Shown here: positions 10,048-19,406 of the stretch, in pieces
Position numbering within the stretch: the first letter of the stretch is position 1
Layout: each line of letters starts with the position of its first letter
Virus record (IMG/VR): IMGVR_UViG_3300031841_003468
Location: 32,001 to 96,000 of that record
Origin: a virus
Reading direction: 5' to 3' (one strand)
DNA: 64,000 nucleotides
Translations under genes and position numbers: made by a program
The notes under the pieces: generated by a model
The model's input: the letters and a program-made list of their open reading frames with translations, nothing else
Told to the model about the DNA's origin: nothing
Databases searched by the model: none

Positions 10048-10070
10048 TTCATCAACTCCTTAAAATTTTC

Positions 10071-10400
10071 CTACAGTGATCGAATAGCGTCAGCTAAGAA
10101 CTCCTCGAATGAGTAGTACATCTTTTCCGATGCTAATTTGTCCACTATTGATTTAGCCTCTTTAGCTGAACAGCCTACGCTCCTCAGTGCAAGAATGGCA
10201 TCCTCTATATACATATTATCAGCAACTCCTGCATTTCGCACATTCTCAGTAAAGATTTCTTCCTGCTCTGGAGTATACTCAGGTTCCAGCCTTGTTGTGT
10301 TGGCTTGTACGCTTGCATAAATCTTTGCAGTACCGTTATCTATTACAGCCGTTATAACGACGATAATTGCGAGAAATACAGTTAGTCCTAATGTTCCCAT
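10071..10400 (-). CDS. TM-anchored protein with RuvA C-terminal-like domain
   Basis: N-terminal TM helix; EDAILALRSVGCSAKEAKSIV...EEFLADAIRSL resembles RuvA domain III. Confidence 0.5.
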   Translation of the reverse strand: MGTLGLTVFLAIIVVITAVIDNGTAKIYASVQANTTRLEPEYTPEQEEIFTENVRNAGVADNMYIEDAILALRSVGCSAKEAKSIVDKLASEKMYYSFEEFLADAIRSL

Positions 10401-10567
10401 TTTCCTATGTCCTTTGTTTCCACAAGTATTCCTCCCCCGAAGGAGAGGTCAACTTGTTTACCAAAACCACCGACACTTGTTTTATTTAGCAAGCTACAAC
10501 CAGTGGTTGATAGTAGTATTATACATACTATGCTTAGGATTGCAATACCTTTTTTCATATTTTTCTC

Positions 10568-11431
10568 CTAAACTTTGGCAAGGGCTGGAACACGGACAGA
10601 TAGCTTGGAGACCAACTCTTTCATGCGGTCACCAACTGCTCGTCGCCATACATCGTCGTAGTTTTTCTTGGATGCAGGCTGGTCTACCATGTAGACACTA
10701 CCTTCAATCTTATCGTTGAAGAGTGCAACAACCTCATACTTGCAGGTACGCATCTTCTGGAACTTAGCGTCACTAGGAACACTAACAACATCCATAGGAT
10801 TGACCTTGCAGATGACGATCTGGTTTCCACCACCAGATGTTGGGTCACTGCCATTGAAGCCGCCGTAGCTATCTACATAATCAAAGGCACCAACATGTAG
10901 CCCATGACTACAGTGAACATCTCGGTTGTCGTCAACACTCTCTCGTGGGAGTTCACAGACGGAACCAACTGAGTTATTGATAGAGCCACTATAAATATCC
11001 TTGAAGTCCTCACGCACAGCCTTGTACGCCAAGAAGCAACCATCACTGGTGATTGGAAGATTCTTGTGCTGTAGGAAGTCAAACATCTCAACCAAAGCAC
11101 GATCCGAAGGATTGTTGTTCAGGTTGTCTAGGAAGTTTAACATTGAATCGAAGGAATGTCCATCCTTCTTCATGTCCAGAATGCGGTCGCCAAATAGCTC
11201 AGGCATTTCTACGCCTTCCCATTCGAGCACACCCTTAGCACAGGAAATGTGACCATCACTGAACTGCTCAATCTTATCAGCAATGTTATACTCTGCTTCA
11301 AAGTACTCTACATTGCCACGCTCTAAGTAACCGACAAGTTTGTCGTAGGACGGGTGGTCAGTTCCAAAGTTATAAGTGGCTCCACTTACTACTGCTGTAA
11401 CTCGTCCTGAATCTGTTTGTATGTAACGCAT
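10568..11431 (-). CDS. rIIB: RIIB-like protein
   Basis: LPITSDGCFLAYKAV, CSHGLHVG, KVNPMDVVSVP, KMRTCKYEV; follows rIIA. Confidence 0.9.
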   Translation of the reverse strand: MRYIQTDSGRVTAVVSGATYNFGTDHPSYDKLVGYLERGNVEYFEAEYNIADKIEQFSDGHISCAKGVLEWEGVEMPELFGDRILDMKKDGHSFDSMLNFLDNLNNNPSDRALVEMFDFLQHKNLPITSDGCFLAYKAVREDFKDIYSGSINNSVGSVCELPRESVDDNRDVHCSHGLHVGAFDYVDSYGGFNGSDPTSGGGNQIVICKVNPMDVVSVPSDAKFQKMRTCKYEVVALFNDKIEGSVYMVDQPASKKNYDDVWRRAVGDRMKELVSKLSVRVPALAKV

Positions 11432-11450
11432 AATCGTAATCTCCTTAAAA

Positions 11451-13511
11451 TTAACCCTTGATCATATTGATGTAGTTGATAATGTCATCTCTCTGGTCTG
11501 AATTCATTCCCCAGCTACAAGCGTGCTTGAGCATTGGGTATGTCTTATTCATTATATCTATATTGTTCGACCAGTCAATAGATAATTCTTTAACTTCTTC
11601 TGAAAAATCTGCCATAATTCCCAGAGATTCTGCTCTAGTAGTCAAGAGCTTCCATGTATGGCCGATCTCAATCTCTGTTCCTGCAACGATATCCTTGTGG
11701 ATACTAGTGAACACAGGGCATCCGGTTTCGTCTGCGAGATATTTGATGTCCTCATGACTTAGACCATTAATGTAGTTCTCAGGCTTGGAAGAAACTCTAG
11801 CAATATTATGTATATTGTCAGCAACTTTTGCACGAATTAAATCTTCTAATTTATACGTTAGGTTGTGCCAGTTATCCTTGCTACCAATCTTCTTGCTCTT
11901 AGCAACAGAAGGAGTTAACTTGTGGAAGTTTGAGACATCTAGGTCTGGATCAATCCCTACTAATGCTCTAATAGTTTCCTCTACTCGGAATAAAGTCCAT
12001 CCATTCTTTCGGTTGATTAGATTGTCACGGGACACTTCGATGTAGTAGTGTACACCATCATTCATATCAATTTTAGTATCTACCCATGAGTTGTAACGCT
12101 CACCTGTTGCTGTTGGAATAGTAGCTACTCCACGCTTCCCACGAGCACCTGTGAATGTTCGAGTTGAATCAGGCTTAGCTAAGCTAGATGCCAGAACAAT
12201 GTCCTCATCAGTAGTACCAAGTATACTATGTACAGTAGACAGTGGCCAATCCTTAGAGATTAAGAAAGCAGAATCCCGGCCATGAATAGAACATCGTTCT
12301 TCTTCGATCATTAGTTTGACACGACTCACTGCGGCAGGAGCATCATTATATACCAAGGTGTGTTCTGCACGGACACTTGTAGGATTAAAGTTTGCAACCT
12401 TCTCTTTGTATGAATCCCACTTGTAACCCTTCATGAACCCTTCTGGAGTCCTAAGTGTTTTGTATGCATCCTCAAAGATAGGTACACCCTTCCACTCATT
12501 GACTTCATCGAAGATGTGTGATAGTGAGCTAACCAGTCGGAACTGCCTAGACGCAACAGTCAATGCCTTGCGAGCTTTCCAGAGAGAACCACATTCATCA
12601 ATCTCAACAGCAAGGTTCAATGCGATGTCTTCTACAAGTCGGTTGACAGCAGTATTGATAGCCTCGATTGTTTTAGGATTATATGATAAGCTCTCACGAG
12701 ATGGGGTAATGTCCATGTCTCCGATGTTGGCCAAGATAGCAATGGCAAAGCCAGAGTCAAGAATCTCACGAGTAACCCCACTGAAGTGCTCACGGTCAAT
12801 AGGGTATGAGATCTGACCCATGATAACACGATTTCCACCGTACTCGCTGATAGCCCATCCATCACCAGAGAATGTGTACTCGTAGTCATGGTAGTGTGCA
12901 TCAGCACCAACCATAGTTGGTCGAACAGTGAAGTGCTCAAAGATAACTTCAGCTTCAGTCCTAAAGTCCCAGCGATCTTCCTGTTTGGTATTAATAGTAA
13001 CCTTGAGACCACTTGGCTCATCACTAGGCTCAGAAGATAGCAAAGAAAAGACAGGCTCATTGTGCTCATTCTTGTAGGCAGTGTAAACACTATGAGTGCC
13101 AGCATGGAAAGATTCTACAATGAAGTTGTCAGTATAAGCAAATGGTGACTTACTACCCAGACCAAGACAGCCAACTGCATCATTGCTACTAGTCTTCGTA
13201 CTGCGGAAGTAGGTGGTATATAATGTTGTAGCATCTTCGTGGCTAAGACCATTACCGAAGTCACGGACATGGAACTCATGGTTGAGCTGAGTAGGCAAGC
13301 ATACCTCAAATGGTACGTCTGCATTGCCAGCTTCGACGTGTGCATCGTAAGCATTAGTAGATAGCTCACGCACAACAGCCTTGATTTTGTTAGAGTACAA
13401 TCCATCAGAAAGGATAGAAAAAGCCTTCGCAGTTGCCTCAATATTGAAGTTTGAGGTCTCGAAATCGCCAGATCGTACAACTTTATTCTGATTAATGTTT
13501 CCAAGTTTCAT
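11451..13511 (-). CDS. rIIA: RIIA-like protein (GHKL ATPase N-terminus)
   Basis: LYSNKIKAVVRELSTNAYDAH, RDFGNGL, GLGSKSPFAYTD, ITPSRESL. Confidence 0.9.
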   Translation of the reverse strand: MKLGNINQNKVVRSGDFETSNFNIEATAKAFSILSDGLYSNKIKAVVRELSTNAYDAHVEAGNADVPFEVCLPTQLNHEFHVRDFGNGLSHEDATTLYTTYFRSTKTSSNDAVGCLGLGSKSPFAYTDNFIVESFHAGTHSVYTAYKNEHNEPVFSLLSSEPSDEPSGLKVTINTKQEDRWDFRTEAEVIFEHFTVRPTMVGADAHYHDYEYTFSGDGWAISEYGGNRVIMGQISYPIDREHFSGVTREILDSGFAIAILANIGDMDITPSRESLSYNPKTIEAINTAVNRLVEDIALNLAVEIDECGSLWKARKALTVASRQFRLVSSLSHIFDEVNEWKGVPIFEDAYKTLRTPEGFMKGYKWDSYKEKVANFNPTSVRAEHTLVYNDAPAAVSRVKLMIEEERCSIHGRDSAFLISKDWPLSTVHSILGTTDEDIVLASSLAKPDSTRTFTGARGKRGVATIPTATGERYNSWVDTKIDMNDGVHYYIEVSRDNLINRKNGWTLFRVEETIRALVGIDPDLDVSNFHKLTPSVAKSKKIGSKDNWHNLTYKLEDLIRAKVADNIHNIARVSSKPENYINGLSHEDIKYLADETGCPVFTSIHKDIVAGTEIEIGHTWKLLTTRAESLGIMADFSEEVKELSIDWSNNIDIMNKTYPMLKHACSWGMNSDQRDDIINYINMIKG

Positions 13512-13557
13512 GTTAAAATCTCCGGTAAAAATAGTGTTTTTCGACTTGTATGCCCTA

Positions 13558-13585
13558 ATTATACATAGTTATCGGCATAAGTCAA
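13558..13585 (-). promoter_or_regulatory. early sigma70-type promoter for rIIA
   Basis: TTGACT-N16-TATAAT with GCCGAT in the spacer. Confidence 0.8.
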
Positions 13586-13647
13586 ACAGAAATTTAGAAA
13601 AATTCAGAAAATTTATGTGCAATTTCCTGCATTCGTTTACATTATAT

Positions 13648-13835
13648 GGGTGAAGACGAGGTGACAGCGACACGATGATCGAAAGATCACATACCTCATT
13701 CTTCACATTTCTCAACTCCCTTAATGTGTGTCCGATGAGGTACGGCATATTTACTTTTTATTACCTCATGAGAGTTTCGGCTCTCACGAACTCCCCCTTG
13801 GAGGCAGTAGATACCCCTCTGCTGCCTCCTTTTTT
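13648..13835 (+). ncRNA. candidate structured RNA or leader ending in an intrinsic terminator
   Basis: GTGAAGA/TCTTCAC and GAGGT/ACCTC stems, TGATC-GAAA-GATCA, GAGAGT-TTCG-GCTCTC, terminator GGAGGCAG...CTGCCTCC-T6. Confidence 0.55.
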
Positions 13836-13852
13836 ATTTGTGAGGAAAACAA

Positions 13853-13987
13853 ATGAGGATGCGAAAGATCCATAAACGTGAGGTTTACAAAAAGTATGCC
13901 CAGTCAAATGTGACACAGCCAAAGAAGACAAGTCTTCCAAATGTAATTAGAACTCGGATTCAGAAAGTTAAAGATATGCTACTCTAG
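13853..13987 (+). CDS. 44-aa basic peptide
   Basis: GAGG RBS; MRMRKIHKREVYKKYAQ...KDMLL; directly after the terminator. Confidence 0.45.
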   Translation: MRMRKIHKREVYKKYAQSNVTQPKKTSLPNVIRTRIQKVKDMLL

Positions 13988-14325
13988 ATAGTATTCTTCT
14001 TTATGTCTCGTTCCTGAAGTTCCATTAACATATCAAATAAAGCTTTACCATTCTGGTTATTGATTATAATCTTTTCTTTATGGTCTTTAAGTGCTTCATC
14101 TATTAGCCGATCATTCTCGATTAGCTCTTCGACTGCATTCAACATATCATTATTATTATTGTTAGCAAAGTACATATTGCCAACACATAGACCTAGATTA
14201 GTTACAGTAGCAAGAAAGAGTAGCTTAATACCAAGAGGGTATCTTACTCTGTGTTTGATTTTTGCTCTGCCCTTTGATTCAGGTTCAGATGGTGCGGTTG
14301 GACTAAATCCTTGAATAGTTGCCAT
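13984..14325 (-). CDS. hypothetical membrane protein
   Basis: GAGGAG RBS; one TM helix then coiled coil. Confidence 0.65.
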   Translation of the reverse strand: MATIQGFSPTAPSEPESKGRAKIKHRVRYPLGIKLLFLATVTNLGLCVGNMYFANNNNNDMLNAVEELIENDRLIDEALKDHKEKIIINNQNGKALFDMLMELQERDIKKNTI

Positions 14326-14328
14326 AAG

Positions 14329-14844
14329 TTAGCTCCTCAATGTTGTGATAGTTAGTTGCCCATAACCATCGCCTGTTCCTTTTAACCCTGCTAATGACTT
14401 GATCGCAATAACATGGTTATCTTCATCAAATTGTATTACTGCGTTTTGCACAGAATAAAGATGTGAAGTTTGCTCTCCATCTACAATTCTAACTAAGTCT
14501 CTATTGTTAGTAACATAGTTTGGTTGAGCTCCTTTATAGTCAGCTACATAAAAAATCTTATCTCCGGTAGCAACTACAAAGCTTTGTTCTGGATAATATA
14601 AGCTTCTTACTGAGGCACAGATGTCCTCACAGAAGGCATAGGATACGTCCAGAATCGTTTCCATGAATGCATCTGCACTCATAGTCATGTATCTAGACTG
14701 CCAAGCAATCTTGTTTGCAAAGCGAGTCTTGTTAGTAGGTGAATCATCATAGCGGTACATTTTCTTGAAGTTACTCTTAGCTTTAATACTAACAGTACCG
14801 TCATTACTATAATAAGTTGGTGATCCAATAAAAAGTAAGCTCAT
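14329..14844 (-). CDS. hypothetical protein
   Basis: AAGGAG RBS; 171 aa. Confidence 0.7.
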   Translation of the reverse strand: MSLLFIGSPTYYSNDGTVSIKAKSNFKKMYRYDDSPTNKTRFANKIAWQSRYMTMSADAFMETILDVSYAFCEDICASVRSLYYPEQSFVVATGDKIFYVADYKGAQPNYVTNNRDLVRIVDGEQTSHLYSVQNAVIQFDEDNHVIAIKSLAGLKGTGDGYGQLTITTLRS

Positions 14845-14932
14845 AATAATTCTCCTTTCTTGTCTTGTTGGGGGGTATAAGCGATTGACACTGGAACTTA
14901 ATCTGGTCTCTGGCCTATTCCCCCCATGTAAG

Positions 14933-15004
14933 TAGGGGATAGAGGAATCGAACCTCTATCGTCGGTTTAGAAGACCGATGTTCTATCCGTTGAACTAATC
15001 CCCC
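14933..15004 (-). tRNA. tRNA-Arg(TCT)
   Basis: GGGGGATTAGTTCAACGG...TCGGT-CTTCTAA-ACCGA...GGTTCGATTCC cloverleaf; CCA not encoded. Confidence 0.93.
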
Positions 15005-15016
15005 TCATGCCCTTAT

Positions 15017-15045
15017 ATTATATCGACATGCACAGGGATTGTCAA
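15017..15045 (-). promoter_or_regulatory. sigma70-type promoter for tRNA-Arg
   Basis: TTGACA-N17-TATAAT. Confidence 0.7.
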
Positions 15046-15196
15046 CACTATTTATCGGTATTTTCAGAATTATTTTTGGCAGCAATTCTAGCTTGAGTTT
15101 CTGCTCGCTGTTTTTCTAGCATTTCACGACGAGCCTTCCAGTCAGTATCTGACGTGTTGCGACCATCATATGAAACGATGAATTTGTTATCAGCCA

Positions 15197-15388
15197 TTAT
15201 TCTTCTCCTTCTTTACTCTTCTTTAATGCTTTTGCTTTTAATGCTTCTAGTTCCTGCTCTAATAAGAACATTTCCTTTTCAGCGGTTCTTTTTCTACGAG
15301 ACAACACCTTGCGTTGTTCACGTCTTTTTTGGTGTTCTCTTTGTCTTTTGATTTGTTTCTTCTGTTTCTTTTTCGCTTTGTTATTCAT
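15197..15388 (-). CDS. Lys/Arg-rich small protein
   Basis: AAGG RBS; highly basic coiled coil. Confidence 0.55.
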   Translation of the reverse strand: MNNKAKKKQKKQIKRQREHQKRREQRKVLSRRKRTAEKEMFLLEQELEALKAKALKKSKEGEE

Positions 15389-15418
15389 AATTATATATCC
15401 TTGTGGAAGTTTATCTAC

Positions 15419-15832
15419 TTAACCAATTTTAATTTCTTTAGGTTTTTTGTCTTCCGGGACGAAGTACTTCAGTACAATCTTTAGCAGCCCATCAATCATG
15501 TGAGCTCCTTCGACTTCCCAGTATTTAGGTATCATAAACTTCTTAACGAACTGCCTGTCAGCAATACCTTTATGTAGGTATTCAAATGCTGTAGACTGTT
15601 CATCAGCCTTGGTGTAGCTAATTGTTAAGCAGTTATTCTCAACAACTATCTTCAAGTCCTTCTTCTTTAATCCTGCAAGTGCCATCTCTACTGCAATAGT
15701 ATCGTCAGCTAACTTAATAATGTTGTGTGGTGGGTAACTCTGATTAGAGATCTTCTTTAGATCTTCAAACCAATCATCGAACCCTACTGTAAATGGCGAT
15801 AGCCAAGTTCTTAAAGTTTCTTTTTTATTCAT
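15419..15832 (-). CDS. small heat shock protein (Hsp20/IbpA-like)
   Basis: GFDDWF, YPPHNIIK, EMALAG, YLHKGIADRQF, DGLLKI. Confidence 0.93.
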   Translation of the reverse strand: MNKKETLRTWLSPFTVGFDDWFEDLKKISNQSYPPHNIIKLADDTIAVEMALAGLKKKDLKIVVENNCLTISYTKADEQSTAFEYLHKGIADRQFVKKFMIPKYWEVEGAHMIDGLLKIVLKYFVPEDKKPKEIKIG

Positions 15833-15905
15833 AATGCTCTCCTTTAATAAGCAAGTTGTAGAATACGCCCATTTAGGCACGCCTCCCACAAAGATATATA
15901 AATAA

Positions 15906-16208
15906 TTATTTACTTAGTAGTGCGATAGTAAATATACTATCGAAGTATTTAGTGACCCTGTTTTTGAAGCGGATCGCAACTTCTGGAAGTGTTAGTTCTA
16001 CAAAAGCGTATTTCTCTTTTACAGTAACTCTTCCTGTTATCATTATAGTGCCAAAGCGAGATTGAAACACAATAATATTGTTTTGTTTTGTTATTAACAG
16101 GTCTTTGCCCTTGAACTTAGTATTTATTTTATCTAAGCTTTTGGTCACCTGATTCATTGCTTCATGCTGTGACCATCCATGATCGTAACATTGGTTTATA
16201 GTTAACAT
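15906..16208 (-). CDS. polyhydroxyalkanoate-system (PHA_gran_rgn)-like protein
   Basis: About 100 aa; HGWSQHEA...ITGRVTV...VELTLP...FKNRV pattern recalled from that family. Confidence 0.5.
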   Translation of the reverse strand: MLTINQCYDHGWSQHEAMNQVTKSLDKINTKFKGKDLLITKQNNIIVFQSRFGTIMITGRVTVKEKYAFVELTLPEVAIRFKNRVTKYFDSIFTIALLSK

Positions 16209-16220
16209 TTCTCTTCTCCA

Positions 16221-17438
16221 TTATTTCCAGCCTCTTAGTAGTTGTCGGTAACCGTTTTCCCCCAAAAAACCCTTTACCTGTCTCTCAGAGTAACGTTGAC
16301 CCAGTAGGTATCTCGTTAGTCTATTTAACTGCGAAGCGTCTTGTATCTCATCTGGTGGGTCTGTGAAGCCATCTAGGTCTGAGCCTAAGGCAGGAACCTC
16401 TTCGCCACCATGTTTAATAATATGATTAATTGTTCGTTCTATATACTTAAGTCCAAGTGGAGTATCAATAGGGCTAATCCAGTAATTCATTAGGATTACA
16501 CCAAGAGTACATCCATGATCTCTAAACCATCCTAGTTCAGAGTTAGTCAAGTTGTATGGGTCAGGGTTGATATCAAAACATCCACCATGACTATTGATAA
16601 CACAGCTATCTTTCTTCTTGCTATCTACTATTTCATATACCTGCTGTCGTGCAAGTGGAGTACAGTGAGCAATATCGACAATCATGCCGAGATCAAGCAT
16701 CTCTTCAACGATGACTCTACCATACTCAGTAAGTCCTCTTGTGTGATCCCAATAATCAAACAAGACTTGTTTATCTGAATGCTTGAAAGCATATTCAGGA
16801 TAAGGGAATACTGGTTGCCCAGTAATGTTCGGGTAGAAGTGTTGAAGTGTAAGATAGGCAACTCCACGATCCTTGAAGTGTCTCAAGTTTGCAATCGCTT
16901 CGTCTAGCATCTCTTGGTTGGTTTGCTCATGGAAGAACTCTTCTTCTTTACCGCACACAGTATGCTGTAAAGCGTGAGCTCCCTCGATAGCATGAACAAA
17001 AGCCATCCTCTGTTTATTGTCTGTACTACGAAGCTCTTCAGGTGTCTTACAAACTACAGCGTCAAAGGATTCATCTGACACAGCCAGTTTGTCTTCCAAC
17101 CAATCAAGTTGCATGTTATAAGCTTCAAAGTAAGTAGGATCGGCAATCCGTTGTCTGGTTTTTTTGGATAGCTTAACTAAGAAGCCAGCTAAACCAATAT
17201 GTTCGTACCATCCTGCTTCGGGTATAAATGCAGTATTAAGAACAACATTATAACCACCTTCTTTGAGTTTAGGTAAAGTGTTTCTGGCACTCAACGGCTG
17301 GAAGCCCTCAAGAAACCATTTTGAAAACATCTTTAACTTGCTACCATCAAGCTCTCTGCCATACATGTATGACTTAAGAGCAATGTGGTTATGCCAGTCA
17401 AGAACCAGTGAGTTATTATGAAATTCTTTATAGTCCAT
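16221..17438 (-). CDS. membrane dipeptidase family (peptidase M19)
   Basis: DWHNH, AIEGAH, GLTEYGR, MIVDIAH, NSHGG, LGSDLDG. Confidence 0.9.
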   Translation of the reverse strand: MDYKEFHNNSLVLDWHNHIALKSYMYGRELDGSKLKMFSKWFLEGFQPLSARNTLPKLKEGGYNVVLNTAFIPEAGWYEHIGLAGFLVKLSKKTRQRIADPTYFEAYNMQLDWLEDKLAVSDESFDAVVCKTPEELRSTDNKQRMAFVHAIEGAHALQHTVCGKEEEFFHEQTNQEMLDEAIANLRHFKDRGVAYLTLQHFYPNITGQPVFPYPEYAFKHSDKQVLFDYWDHTRGLTEYGRVIVEEMLDLGMIVDIAHCTPLARQQVYEIVDSKKKDSCVINSHGGCFDINPDPYNLTNSELGWFRDHGCTLGVILMNYWISPIDTPLGLKYIERTINHIIKHGGEEVPALGSDLDGFTDPPDEIQDASQLNRLTRYLLGQRYSERQVKGFLGENGYRQLLRGWK

Positions 17439-17439
17439 T

Positions 17440-17751
17440 TTAGCTACCTGTAAATCCCTTGATCTTTTCTAGAATACCACCCAGTCCACCTAGATTAGAT
17501 AGTCCACCGCTTGAAACGATGAAATAAATAGCGATACCTAAGCCTAACAAGAACACGAGCCATTTTCTTTTTTGAGCTACTGCCTTAGCCTTCTCTGTTA
17601 GTTCAGCGATCTTAGCTAGACGGTATTCTCTCTTCTCATTTTTCTTGTTTGAGCGATCTTCTTTTCTTTGTTCTTTTGCGTCTTCCTTAGTAGAAACTTC
17701 ACCTTCTACTACTTCTACATCTTTGTTTTTTCGTTTTCCAAATAATGGCAT
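17440..17751 (-). CDS. hypothetical membrane protein
   Basis: Charged N-terminus, TM WLVFLLGLGIAIYFIV. Confidence 0.65.
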   Translation of the reverse strand: MPLFGKRKNKDVEVVEGEVSTKEDAKEQRKEDRSNKKNEKREYRLAKIAELTEKAKAVAQKRKWLVFLLGLGIAIYFIVSSGGLSNLGGLGGILEKIKGFTGS

Positions 17752-17965
17752 TATGCACATCCTTCTATTAAAATTGATATCCCGGCCAATATAATAATCA
17801 ACCCAACCAGAGCGTAAGCTCCTAAACATTGATTCCCAGCACTTGGATCGCCGCCGTTACAAAAACAGCGGTGCATCTTAAACACTCCCATGAGAAACAG
17901 TGGTTGCCTAATATATTATACACTGGAAATGGGAAAAAGTCACGGGTTTTTTGTAAAAAAATACC

Positions 17966-17998
17966 AAAAAAAATAGGGGGCAGATTGCTCTACCCCCT
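17966..17998 (-). terminator. intrinsic terminator
   Basis: AGGGGGCAG...CTACCCCCT hairpin with a T-run on the minus strand. Confidence 0.65.
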
Positions 17999-18140
17999 TA
18001 GATTGTTTACTTCGTTCTGTCCTTTATGGCTGATGTTATCATCCCTGTGCAAGATATAATAGTTATACAAACCCAGATTACAATATTAACAGTCACATTA
18101 CAAGTCATATAGACCCTCCTAAACTAAGTAATAAACAATA

Positions 18141-18569
18141 CTATTGTACGTCTGCAAGTAGTTCACTGGAAGATTGTGTCTTACCTCCTCCTACGTTGTA
18201 AGCAGTCTCGACATCGTTCTTTGCACAGTATACTTCCTCTGGAGTGTTACCGGCAACTCTATCTCCACCATTAGCAAAGATAACAGTTTCAACTTCGTCT
18301 CCTGCATGTTCAACAATCATAGCCAGACTTTCTACAACTGTCCCATCTTTATCAATAGAGACAACTGCTGCGTCTACTGCCGAAAGTGACTCAACAATTC
18401 TTGTCCTGTCCTCAGCATTCATAAATGGAACACTTCCTTTGATCTTAACCTGATCGTCATTGTTAACAATAACTATTAAGTAGTCCCCAAGTTCTTTGGC
18501 TGCTTCGATATAATCTAAATGTCCACAGTGTAGGGGATTGAAGTATCCTGAAATAACTACTAGCTTCAT
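18141..18569 (-). CDS. cytidylyltransferase-like nucleotidyltransferase (TagD/RfaE-II type)
   Basis: SGYFNPLHCGH (HxGH), FANGGDR, KTQSSS. Confidence 0.9.
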   Translation of the reverse strand: MKLVVISGYFNPLHCGHLDYIEAAKELGDYLIVIVNNDDQVKIKGSVPFMNAEDRTRIVESLSAVDAAVVSIDKDGTVVESLAMIVEHAGDEVETVIFANGGDRVAGNTPEEVYCAKNDVETAYNVGGGKTQSSSELLADVQ

Positions 18570-18696
18570 TGTGATTTTCCTTGAGTATGCTTATGAATAT
18601 CCTCGACTAATACTACCAACATTATACCCCACAGAAGTTCCTGTGGTACGATAAAAGGTAGGCCTAATGCTAAAGTATAGCCAATGATTCTAAACA

Positions 18697-18930
18697 TTAT
18701 TTAATAGTCCAAAATTTGAATTTATTTAATCGCTTCGGTTTATCGTCACCCATTAACTTATCTTCAAAGTCTTTATATTGATGCCATCCAGTATTCTTGA
18801 AATCAGGCACTGGTGGCTCACAATCCAATTCCTCATGAACGTGAAACATCTGCTCAGCCGGGATCTTAAAGTCCGACTTAGCAAATGGATTAAAGGGTAG
18901 TAATAAACCTAGCAGTAATAAAGTCTTCAT
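18697..18930 (-). CDS. small secreted hypothetical protein
   Basis: AGGAG RBS; MKTLLLLGLLLP signal peptide. Confidence 0.6.
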   Translation of the reverse strand: MKTLLLLGLLLPFNPFAKSDFKIPAEQMFHVHEELDCEPPVPDFKNTGWHQYKDFEDKLMGDDKPKRLNKFKFWTIK

Positions 18931-18966
18931 AGCTGTCTCCTATAAAAGTTTATTATAACTAGTAAG

Positions 18967-19315
18967 TGGACGTGGAGGGAGTTGCACCCTCGTCTCTCAT
19001 GTCTCCTTGTTAACATTCTACGTACATAGTCTCGTGTTATCGCACACAAGCCCAAGCTAAGATAGTTTGACTATCAACAGCCTCAATACATGTAGGAGGC
19101 ATCAACCTGTTTGTCCTCAGGTGGAGCAAGCCAAATACGTCTTGGCAACGTCACTCATTGGGTAACAAGGCCGAGTGAAGCCCCTGCCGCCTAAGCAGCT
19201 AGTGAGAAGTTCTTTTCTGCACTTAAAAGTTTTGGTCAAGTTTTATAGTGGCCTCTTGACCAACCACTATACGCAGTTAACAGTTACAACACAGATCGAA
19301 TCTAGTGTCACGCCC
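18967..19315 (-). ncRNA. ssrA: tmRNA
   Basis: 5' GGGCGTG...GATTCGA, 3' GACGAGGGTGCAACTCCCTCCACGTCCA; acceptor stem has G3.U70; tag frame GCA GAA AAG AAC TTC TCA CTA GCT GCT TAG = AEKNFSLAA* (19220-19191). Confidence 0.95.
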
Positions 19316-19320
19316 GTAAG

Positions 19321-19393
19321 AGCTTCGAGTGGGAGTCGAACCCACAACCTCATCATTACTAATGATGTGCTCTGCCGATTGAGCTATCGAAGC
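19321..19393 (-). tRNA. tRNA-Thr(AGT)
   Basis: GCTTCGATAGCTCAATCGGCAGAGC-A-CATCA-TTAGTAA-TGATG-AGGTT-GTGGG-TTCGACT-CCCAC-TCGAAGC-T. Confidence 0.92.
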
Positions 19394-19406
19394 AACAGCT
19401 TTGTTC

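Noticed and set aside
14869-14926. G6/C6 hairpin next to tRNA-Arg as a degenerate tRNA or extra element copy
   Set aside because: No T-loop or D-arm and no TGCCGG core; likely a simple leader or processing stem.
18834-18849. parS-like TGTTTCACGT
   Set aside because: Only half of the palindrome, and inside a CDS.
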